Assembly: GCA_964567485.1 (NCBI GenBank)
Contig: CAZMMX010000003.1
Coordinates: forward strand, 68,781-132,780
DNA: 64,000 nucleotides
Reading direction: 5' to 3'
DNA from: an uncultured Prolixibacteraceae bacterium
Lineage (GTDB): Bacteria; Bacteroidota; Bacteroidia; Bacteroidales; Prolixibacteraceae
Shown: positions 47,125 to 54,308 of the stretch, one piece after another
Position numbering within the stretch: the stretch's first letter is position 1
How the letters are laid out: every line of letters begins with the position of its first letter
Position numbers and translations under genes: made by a program
The notes under the pieces: generated by a model
Told to the model about the DNA's origin: nothing
Databases searched by the model: none
Seen by the model: the letters and a program-made list of their open reading frames with translations, nothing else

Positions 47125-49491
47125 ATGATGACGCCAAGGATTAAGAGACTGAGGGAAGAGAGTTTGCAGGCAGAGCCGCGCATTTCGGCAGAGCGGGGAT
47201 TGTTGGTCACCCGGTTTTACCGTGACCACCTCTCTTTCGGCGAATCGGTACCGGTGCAGCGGGCCCATGCCTTCCGTTACATTTTGGAGAACAAGGAGAT
47301 ATGCATCAACGACGGGGAGCTGATCGTTGGGGAGAGGGGGCCGGCACCCAAGGCGACGCCCACTTATCCCGAAATCAACGTGCACTCCCCCGAAGACCTG
47401 GAGATCCTGAACAGCCGTGAGAAGGTGTGGTTCCGGGTCGATGAGGCCACCCGTAAGGCTTTCGAAGAGGAGATCATTCCCTTCTGGAAGGGGCGGTCAA
47501 ACCGTGACAGGATCATGGCAGCCATGGCTCCGGAGTGGAAGGAGGCCTATGATGCGGGTATTTTCACGGAATTCATGGAGCAGAGGGCTCCCGGGCATAC
47601 CGTTGCCGGAGGCAAGATATACCGCAAGGGGATGGTCGACATCATCGATGATATCGACCAGGCCCTGGCGGCCCTCGATTTCGGCAAGGAGGGAAATGCC
47701 TATTTGCGGCATGAGGAGCTGAAGGCCATGCGCATTGCCGCGGAAGCCCTGATCATGTATGCCGGGCGCCACGCCGTATGCCTTGAGGAGCGGGCCACCG
47801 GGGAAAGCGATCCAGCACGGGCCCGGGAGCTCATGCGTATGGCTGCGATCTGCCGCAGGGTACCCGCCCACGCCCCGGAAACCTTCCACGAAGCCCTCCA
47901 GTATTACTGGTTTGTCCACCTGGGCGTTATCACCGAACTCAACCCGTGGGACAGCTTCAATCCCGGGCGCCTCGACCAGCACCTGGCCCCCTTTTATGAG
48001 AAGGAGGTGAGCCGGGGAACCCTCACCCACGAAGAGGCCACAGAACTGCTCCAGTCGTTCTGGATCAAATTCAACAACCACCCGGCCCCCCCAAAAGTGG
48101 GGATCACCGCCCTCGAAAGCAATACCTATACCGATTTTGCGCTCATCAATGTGGGAGGAGTCAGGGAAGACGGCTCCGACGGGGTGAACGAAATGAGCTA
48201 TATGCTCCTCGACGTGATCGAGGAGATGCGCTTGCTGCAACCCAGCTCTATGGTCCAGCTGAGTAAGAAAAACCCCGATCGTTTTATCGACAGGGCCATG
48301 AAAATCATCAAAACCGGGTTCGGGCAGCCGTCGGTTTTTAACACCGACGCCATCATCCAGGAGCTTACGCGCCAGGGCAAGGATATTGCCGATGCCCGCA
48401 ACGGAGGAGCCAGCGGATGCGTGGAGAGCGGCGCCTTCGGCACCGAGAGCTATATCCTCACAGGCTATTTCAACCTTCCCAAGATCCTGGAACTTACCCT
48501 GCACAACGGAAGAGACCCCCGCACAGGAAAACAGACCGGCCTGGCCACCGGCGACCCTGGAAGCTTTACCACCTTCGGGGAGCTGCTGGAGGCTTTCCGG
48601 AAGCAGGTGAACCATTTCGTGGCCCTCAAGGTGAGGGGAAGTAACATCATCGAATCGATTTTCATGGAACATGTTCCCACGCCGTTTCTCTCTCTTATCA
48701 TTGACGATTGTGTGGCTCGCGGTATCGATTACATCAGCGGGGGAGCCCGTTACAACACCAATTACATCCAGGGGGTGGGTCTGGGAACCGTCACCGACAG
48801 CCTCACCGCCCTCAAAAAGGCAGTATTTGAGGAGCAGGAGCTTTCCCTGCCGGGGTTCCTGGCCATCCTCGACGCCGACTTCGAAGGGCATGAGGAGTGG
48901 CGGTACCGGTTGGTATACAAGATGCCCAAATATGGAAACGACGACCCGGAAGCCGACCGGCAGTTGTCTGACGTGTTTGAGATTTACTACCAGGCGGTGA
49001 ACGGCCACAGCTCCCCACGGGGTGCCGCCTACCGGATCAACCTGCTGCCGACCACCTGCCACATCTACTTCGGGAGTGTTCTGGGGGCCAGTGCCGACGG
49101 GAGAAAAGCCAGACAACCGGTCTCCGAGGGGATTTCACCCGTCCAGGGTGCCGACACCCGGGGTCCCTCGGCAGTCATCCGCTCAGCAGCCAAAATCGAC
49201 CACCTCCGCACCGGAGGAACCCTGCTGAACCAGAAATTCTCACCTTCCTTCTTCTATGACGACGACTCCGTCAGAAAGGTCTCCTCCCTGGTGCGGAGCT
49301 ATTTCAGGATGGACGGCCACCATATCCAGTTCAATGTGGTCGATGCCGCCACCCTGCGCGATGCCCGGAAACACCCGGAAAAATACCGCGACCTCATCGT
49401 CAGGGTGGCCGGCTACAGCGATTATTTCAACGACCTGGGAGAGGAGCTCCAGGAGGAGATCATCCAACGTACCGAACACGGGACCCTTTGA
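47125..49491 (+). CDS. hypD: glycyl radical enzyme, probable trans-4-hydroxy-L-proline dehydratase
   Basis: 788-aa ORF with the Gly-radical motif RVAGYS (Gly763) and the eliminase-type thiyl loop GCVE (Cys432, Glu434). Extended strings (FTEFMEQRAPGHTV, NPWDSFNPGRLDQHL, LLPTTCHIYFG, MDGHHIQFNV) match my recollection of HypD. Glycyl-radical enzyme membership is near certain; the HypD subtype is probable. Confidence 0.8.
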   Translation: MMTPRIKRLREESLQAEPRISAERGLLVTRFYRDHLSFGESVPVQRAHAFRYILENKEICINDGELIVGERGPAPKATPTYPEINVHSPEDLEILNSREKVWFRVDEATRKAFEEEIIPFWKGRSNRDRIMAAMAPEWKEAYDAGIFTEFMEQRAPGHTVAGGKIYRKGMVDIIDDIDQALAALDFGKEGNAYLRHEELKAMRIAAEALIMYAGRHAVCLEERATGESDPARARELMRMAAICRRVPAHAPETFHEALQYYWFVHLGVITELNPWDSFNPGRLDQHLAPFYEKEVSRGTLTHEEATELLQSFWIKFNNHPAPPKVGITALESNTYTDFALINVGGVREDGSDGVNEMSYMLLDVIEEMRLLQPSSMVQLSKKNPDRFIDRAMKIIKTGFGQPSVFNTDAIIQELTRQGKDIADARNGGASGCVESGAFGTESYILTGYFNLPKILELTLHNGRDPRTGKQTGLATGDPGSFTTFGELLEAFRKQVNHFVALKVRGSNIIESIFMEHVPTPFLSLIIDDCVARGIDYISGGARYNTNYIQGVGLGTVTDSLTALKKAVFEEQELSLPGFLAILDADFEGHEEWRYRLVYKMPKYGNDDPEADRQLSDVFEIYYQAVNGHSSPRGAAYRINLLPTTCHIYFGSVLGASADGRKARQPVSEGISPVQGADTRGPSAVIRSAAKIDHLRTGGTLLNQKFSPSFFYDDDSVRKVSSLVRSYFRMDGHHIQFNVVDAATLRDARKHPEKYRDLIVRVAGYSDYFNDLGEELQEEIIQRTEHGTL

Positions 49492-49522
49492 TTCCGAGCG
49501 GGAAATTCCTGCCAGAATCACT

Positions 49523-50092
49523 ATGTTTGCACAAATTTTCCGCATGAAGCTTTTTTTCCGGATGACTCTCCTGCTGCTCGTTCCCCTGACGGCCTCTGCC
49601 GTCAACGTCAAGGGGCCCGACGGTTATGCCGTCGCGGGGATACTCCTGACCCTGGCCATTCCCACAGGTATCTATTTTTTTGTGAACTGGCTCCGTAACC
49701 GGGGGAAGACACCCACCGGAAAACAAAAGCGATACAACAGAAAAAAATATACCGTCGTACTCGAAAAAAACAGGCTCTATTACCCCGATTACCTGATTCT
49801 CAAGGTGACCAACAGCGGAAATGCCGATCTTGACCTCGACCGTCCTCTGTTGACATTCAGCAATATATGGCTGAAAAGGAATTTCCGGCTCAAGGGGACC
49901 AACAGTTACCACTTTTACCCGTTACTCCTGGAACCGGGGAAGACCCATGAACTCACCATTGACCTGACCCCCTTTTATCGTCACGACAAGAGACTGAAAG
50001 GATTTCCCAGAGTGACGGTCACGGTGAATGAAGTGGGCAGCACCCGCGGAGTCTCCCAAAGTGTAATGCTCCGAAAAACCCTGTTGCGTTAA
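49523..50092 (+). CDS. hypothetical membrane protein with a C-terminal beta-rich domain
   Basis: 189 aa from ATG 49523: a signal-like N-terminus, one TM segment (AVAGILLTLAIPTGIYFFVNWL), a basic stretch RNRGKTPTGKQKRYNRKKY, then a beta-strand-like region (LILKVTNSGNADLDLDRPLL...THELTIDLTPFY). Its stop is 2 nt before the pulA ATG. I recognise no family. Confidence 0.6.
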   Translation: MFAQIFRMKLFFRMTLLLLVPLTASAVNVKGPDGYAVAGILLTLAIPTGIYFFVNWLRNRGKTPTGKQKRYNRKKYTVVLEKNRLYYPDYLILKVTNSGNADLDLDRPLLTFSNIWLKRNFRLKGTNSYHFYPLLLEPGKTHELTIDLTPFYRHDKRLKGFPRVTVTVNEVGSTRGVSQSVMLRKTLLR

Positions 50093-50094
50093 CC

Positions 50095-52056
50095 ATGAGG
50101 AACTGGCATTTCAACCATATTGATTTTTCGACGTATCCCCATTATTCCGGGAAAGACCTGGGGGTGACCTGCCACGGGGGAAAGACCCGGTTCCGGTTAT
50201 GGGCCCCCACGGCGCGCATGGTCGACCTCCGTCTCTTCAACACAGGAAAGGGAGGAAGACCCCTCAGGGTCATTGCTATGGAGCGTGCCGAGGCAGGAAC
50301 CTGGCTGTATGAGGACACTGATGACCTCACGGGTATCTATTACACCTTTCAGGTCAACGACGGGGAGTGGCTCCATGAAGTCCCCGACCCCTATGCCCGT
50401 GCCGTGGGCGTCAACGGTCACCGGGGTATGGTCGTCGACCTGGAGAGCACCAACCCTCAGGGATGGAAAAACGACAAGGGACCCCGCCTGCAATCCTTCA
50501 CCGATTGGATCATTTACGAAACCCACGTCCGTGATTTCTCCATCGCCCCGGAATCAGGAATCTCCCATAAAGGGAAATACCTGGGTTTCACCGAGGAAAA
50601 TACCGCTACCCCCACGGGTGAGACCACCGGGCTCTCCTATCTGAAGGAATTGGGCATCACCCATGTCCACCTGCTGCCGGTCAATGATTTCCAGACCGTG
50701 GATGACGAGTTTCCCCTGCTGAAATACAATTGGGGTTATGACCCCCAGAATTATAATGCCCCTGAGGGTTCGTATGCCTCCGATCCTTATGACGGAAGTG
50801 TCAGAATCAGGGAACTCAAAATGCTGATTAACGCTTTACATGACCAGGGTATCGGGGTGATTCTCGATGTGGTCTATAACCACACCTGGCTGACCAAAGG
50901 ATCGGTTTTTAACCAGACCGTTCCTGGGTATTACTATCGTCAGAACCCTGACGGTTCCTTTTCCAATGGTTCGGGATGCGGCAATGAAATCGCCACAGAA
51001 CGCTTCATGGTGCGAAAATTCATCATTGACTCCCTGAAATATTGGATCAAGGAGTACCATATCGACGGCTTCCGGTTTGACCTGATGGGCATTTTCGACA
51101 ATGAGACCATCAGGCATATCAGATATGAGATTGACAAGAAGGATCCGGCGATTTTCCTGTATGGTGAAGGATGGGCAGGAGGGCCGAGTCCCATGCCTGA
51201 ATTTCGCCGGGCCGTGAAAAGGAACATCACCCATCTTCCGGGGATTGCCGCTTTTTGTGATGACATGCGCGATGCCCTGAAGGGAAACCACGGACTCAAA
51301 ACCAGCCTGGGATTTATCAGCGGACGGGCTCTTCGGGAGGAAGCTGTGAAATTCGGGATCGTGGCAGCCACCTGGCATCCCCAGATCGTCTATAGTTATG
51401 TCGAGAGTTCCCAGGAGCCCTGGGCTGCCGAACCGGCACAGTGCATCAATTATGTCTCCTGTCACGACAACTACACCCTCTTCGACAAGCTGAGAATGAG
51501 CCTTCCTGAGGCATCGGAGGAAGAACTCCGCAAGAGGGTAAAACTCGCCGGAGCCATCCTCCTCACCTCGCAGGGAGTTCCCTTCCTCCATTCAGGCATG
51601 GAATTCTGCCGTTCCAAAGGGGGACACGGTAACTCCTACAAGTCACCCGATATCATCAACCGCCTGGACTGGTCTAACAGAAACAGCTTTGCTGATGTAA
51701 ACGACTATTATATCCACCTGATCAGACTCCGGAAGAACCATCCCCTCTTCCGCATGACCCAGGCCGAAATGATCAGGAAAAATCTCAATTTTTGCATTGA
51801 ATACAAGGTAGGCGTGGTCACTTACTGTCTCAAGGGGAAAAACACGGGAGACCCCTGGGAACAGGCCATTGTCATTTTCAACGGGAACAGGGAAGAAGTC
51901 AGCATCACCCTGCCGGCCGGCCGCTTCCACATCATTGCCTCAGGCGACCTGATCGATGAGGAAGGAATGGAAATCCTTGAAGGAGGGAGTGTGACGGTGG
52001 CCCCGATATCCATGATGCTGCTGGCCCGGTGGCCGGAAGGACCTCACAGCGTGTGA
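50095..52056 (+). CDS. pulA: type I pullulanase (GH13), no signal peptide
   Basis: 653-aa ORF with YNWGYDPQNYNAPEGSYASDP, VILDVVYNHT, GFRFDLMG, YGEGW and YVSCHDN. Confidence 0.9.
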   Translation: MRNWHFNHIDFSTYPHYSGKDLGVTCHGGKTRFRLWAPTARMVDLRLFNTGKGGRPLRVIAMERAEAGTWLYEDTDDLTGIYYTFQVNDGEWLHEVPDPYARAVGVNGHRGMVVDLESTNPQGWKNDKGPRLQSFTDWIIYETHVRDFSIAPESGISHKGKYLGFTEENTATPTGETTGLSYLKELGITHVHLLPVNDFQTVDDEFPLLKYNWGYDPQNYNAPEGSYASDPYDGSVRIRELKMLINALHDQGIGVILDVVYNHTWLTKGSVFNQTVPGYYYRQNPDGSFSNGSGCGNEIATERFMVRKFIIDSLKYWIKEYHIDGFRFDLMGIFDNETIRHIRYEIDKKDPAIFLYGEGWAGGPSPMPEFRRAVKRNITHLPGIAAFCDDMRDALKGNHGLKTSLGFISGRALREEAVKFGIVAATWHPQIVYSYVESSQEPWAAEPAQCINYVSCHDNYTLFDKLRMSLPEASEEELRKRVKLAGAILLTSQGVPFLHSGMEFCRSKGGHGNSYKSPDIINRLDWSNRNSFADVNDYYIHLIRLRKNHPLFRMTQAEMIRKNLNFCIEYKVGVVTYCLKGKNTGDPWEQAIVIFNGNREEVSITLPAGRFHIIASGDLIDEEGMEILEGGSVTVAPISMMLLARWPEGPHSV

Positions 52057-52102
52057 CCTCACCATGGCCGGGCGGCAGCTGCGGGCCCCCGGAAGGCAGT
52101 TG

Positions 52103-53323
52103 TCAGAAGGCGGCCAACAACAGGTCGATATCCTTGACCGGCAGGTTAAACTGATCGCCGACATCCTTGTTGGTGAGAATTCCATGGTAGAGGTACACGC
52201 CCCTGCGGAAACCCTGAGATGTTTTGATATAATGGTCGACCCCACCACTGTCGCCGATGGCCAGCAGTTCGGGAATCAGGATGTTGCTCAGGGAAATGGA
52301 GGCTGTGCGGGCCACCAGTGAGGGGACGTTGGGGACACAATAGTGGACCACCCCGTGTTTGCGGAAAACAGGATTTTTCAGGTCGGTCAGGTGGGTGGTC
52401 TCGAAACACCCTCCCTGGCTGGCGTTCAGGTCAATGATGATGGCCCCTTCCTTGATATTCTGCACCATCTCTTCAGTGACCCGGAATGCCGGCGTTTCAT
52501 TGAAAGGCTGTGCCCCCACCACGGCATCGGCCGAAAGCAACGCCTTTTTCAGCACCTTGGGGTAAAATACCGAGGTGAAAACCCTCCTTCCCAGTTTTTC
52601 TTCCAGCCGGCTCAGCCGCTCCACGGAAGTGTCGAAGACCTTGACGATGATTCCCAGGCTGAGGGCCGCACGGGCCGCAAACTCGGCAGCCGTACCCGAA
52701 CCGATGATGACCATCTCGGCGGGCGTGATCCCCGTCACATCCCCAAAGAGAACCCCCTTGCCTCCCCGCGAGGTACTCAGGTACTCACTGGCAATAGTAA
52801 TGGAGGTAATCCCTGAAATCTGGCTCATTTGATGGACAAAGGGAAGAAATCCATTCTCATTTTCAAGATATTCGTAGGCAAGACAGGTCATCTTTTTCTG
52901 CATCAGCTTTTCGATAGACTCAAGGCAGTGGGACTGTATCTGCATGTTGGAGATGACCACCTGGTTTCCCCTCAGCAGGGCTGTTTCCCGGGCGTCAAAA
53001 GGGGCTACCCGCAGGACGATGTCGCACTGCATCACCTCCCCCTTATCCTTGACGACCCTGGCCCCTGCCTCGGCGTATTCCCTGTCGGAATAGCTGGCAT
53101 GACTGCCGGCACCACTCTCCAGGGTAATCTCATGACCATGGGATACCAGCAAATCGACCGCCTGAGGAGTCAGGGGAACACGGTACTCCACCTTTTCGTC
53201 ATCGGAAGGAATCCCTATGACGATCTTTTTCTCCCGCTGCCGCAATTCCAGCATCTCCTCCCGGGGAAGCAGCATGCTCCGGGAAACCGGCATCCCTGTC
53301 CTGTTCTTATCTTTATTGGTCAT
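52103..53323 (-). CDS. alanine dehydrogenase / PNT-family NAD(H)-binding protein
   Basis: 406 aa from ATG 53323. Strings EYRVPLTPQAVDLLVSHGHEITLESGAG, the Rossmann string VIIGSGTAAEFAA, and GAIIIDLNASQGGCFE are present. The track start 53497 would overlap tsaE. Confidence 0.82.
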   Translation of the reverse strand: MTNKDKNRTGMPVSRSMLLPREEMLELRQREKKIVIGIPSDDEKVEYRVPLTPQAVDLLVSHGHEITLESGAGSHASYSDREYAEAGARVVKDKGEVMQCDIVLRVAPFDARETALLRGNQVVISNMQIQSHCLESIEKLMQKKMTCLAYEYLENENGFLPFVHQMSQISGITSITIASEYLSTSRGGKGVLFGDVTGITPAEMVIIGSGTAAEFAARAALSLGIIVKVFDTSVERLSRLEEKLGRRVFTSVFYPKVLKKALLSADAVVGAQPFNETPAFRVTEEMVQNIKEGAIIIDLNASQGGCFETTHLTDLKNPVFRKHGVVHYCVPNVPSLVARTASISLSNILIPELLAIGDSGGVDHYIKTSQGFRRGVYLYHGILTNKDVGDQFNLPVKDIDLLLAAF

Positions 53324-53370
53324 GTCGTCATTTCTGTGGTGAGTTAAAGTTACATCCAAAGCATGAATTT

Positions 53371-53805
53371 TCAAAATTGCACCCGGGCCTTTTGGGCTTT
53401 GATGGTTCGTGTGGTCTCCCCATCTTCCGTCAGGGTCACCTCTACATGTTCCGGAGGAAGCAATGGAGTGACTTTTTCGGGCCACTCGATCAGGCAATAA
53501 CAGCCACTGAAGAAATAATCCTCATACCCCAGGTCATAAGCTTCCGCCAGCTCTTTCAGGCGGTAAAAGTCAAAATGGTAAAGGGGCTCGCCCCCGGGAG
53601 TCTGGTATTCGTTGATGATGGCAAAAGTGGGGCTGGTGACCACGTCGTCAGAACCCAGGAAAAGGCAGACCTCCCTGATGAAGGTGGTCTTTCCGGCGCC
53701 CATTTTTCCGTAGAAGGCAAAGACTCTTTCTTCCGGAAAGGCAGTGACCAACTCCGCGGCGACTTCCCGTAACTCCCCCGAGGTGATATGGTTTCTCACA
53801 AACAT
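53371..53805 (-). CDS. tsaE: tRNA threonylcarbamoyladenosine biosynthesis protein TsaE
   Basis: 144 aa from ATG 53805, with P-loop GKMGAGKTTF, SPTFAIINEY, HFDFYRL and IEWPE. Confidence 0.88.
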   Translation of the reverse strand: MFVRNHITSGELREVAAELVTAFPEERVFAFYGKMGAGKTTFIREVCLFLGSDDVVTSPTFAIINEYQTPGGEPLYHFDFYRLKELAEAYDLGYEDYFFSGCYCLIEWPEKVTPLLPPEHVEVTLTEDGETTRTIKAQKARVQF

Positions 53806-53829
53806 TGACAAAGCATTTATACAATAATA

Positions 53830-53837
53830 CAAAAATA
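53830..53837 (-). promoter_or_regulatory. -7 promoter box (TATTTTTG on minus strand) for tsaE
   Basis: Plus-strand CAAAAATA, 25 nt upstream of ATG 53805. This supports the short tsaE start. Confidence 0.4.
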
Positions 53838-53875
53838 AGGTTAATTTTACCAAAAAAATTAAACAGCAGTCAATT

Positions 53876-54256
53876 ATGAAAATTCCTGAAAATCTGAAGT
53901 TTACCCGGGAACACGAATGGGTTCGCATCGAAGGGGAAATGGCCGTGATCGGCATTACCGACTTTGCTCAGGGGGAATTGGGCGATGTGGTTTTCGTCGA
54001 AATAGAGACGGAAGGGGAGACTCTCGAGAAAGGAGAGATCTTTGGTACCGTGGAAGCGGTCAAGACCGTTTCTGACCTCTTTATGCCTGTAACCGGAGAG
54101 GTCGTGGAAATCAACGAGGCCCTGGCCGCCCGTCCTGAACTGGTCAACCAGGATCCTTACGGAGAAGGATGGATGATCAGGATCAAGGTGGCGGAAGAAG
54201 GGGATGTGGAAGAATTGCTCACTCCTGAAGAGTACCGTCAAATGGTCGAAGCATAA
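53876..54256 (+). CDS. gcvH: glycine cleavage system protein H
   Basis: 126-aa ORF with EHEWVRIEG..AVIGITDFAQ, the lipoyl-Lys string VEAVKTVSD, and DPYGEGWM. Confidence 0.93.
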   Translation: MKIPENLKFTREHEWVRIEGEMAVIGITDFAQGELGDVVFVEIETEGETLEKGEIFGTVEAVKTVSDLFMPVTGEVVEINEALAARPELVNQDPYGEGWMIRIKVAEEGDVEELLTPEEYRQMVEA

Positions 54257-54260
54257 AAAA

Positions 54261-54287
54261 CGGCTGCCCCTCTGGGCAGCCGTTTTT
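54261..54287. terminator. bidirectional intrinsic terminator between gcvH and nrdJ
   Basis: CGGCTGCCC-CTCT-GGGCAGCCG forms a 9-bp GC-rich stem, flanked by AAAAAA upstream and TTTTT downstream. It therefore reads as hairpin plus U-tract on both strands. Confidence 0.8.
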
Positions 54288-54308
54288 GCTTGATTACAAT
54301 CGCTATTA

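Noticed and set aside
47497-49116. Very long ORFs antisense to real genes. Examples: 47497..49116 (539 aa, opposite the glycyl-radical enzyme), 1590..2666, 5572..6663, 7390..8496, 17274..18290, 27322..28272, 29896..30699, 41991..42767, 43897..44799 and 50836..51591.
   Set aside because: Each one mirrors a gene with strong, motif-level family support on the other strand. Their translations are Arg/Gly/Pro/His-rich and low in complexity, with no recognisable motifs. Such shadow ORFs are expected in moderately GC-rich DNA.
53806-53875. Possible glycine riboswitch upstream of gcvH.
   Set aside because: The 70-bp AT-rich spacer has no room for tandem aptamers and no GC-rich conserved cores.
52103-53955. 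Track starts 53497 (alanine dehydrogenase-family gene) and 53955 (tsaE), which create long overlaps with upstream genes.
   Set aside because: The internal ATGs at 53323 and 53805 give N-termini of normal length for the families and remove the overlaps. For tsaE, the internal start sits 25 nt downstream of a -7 box.
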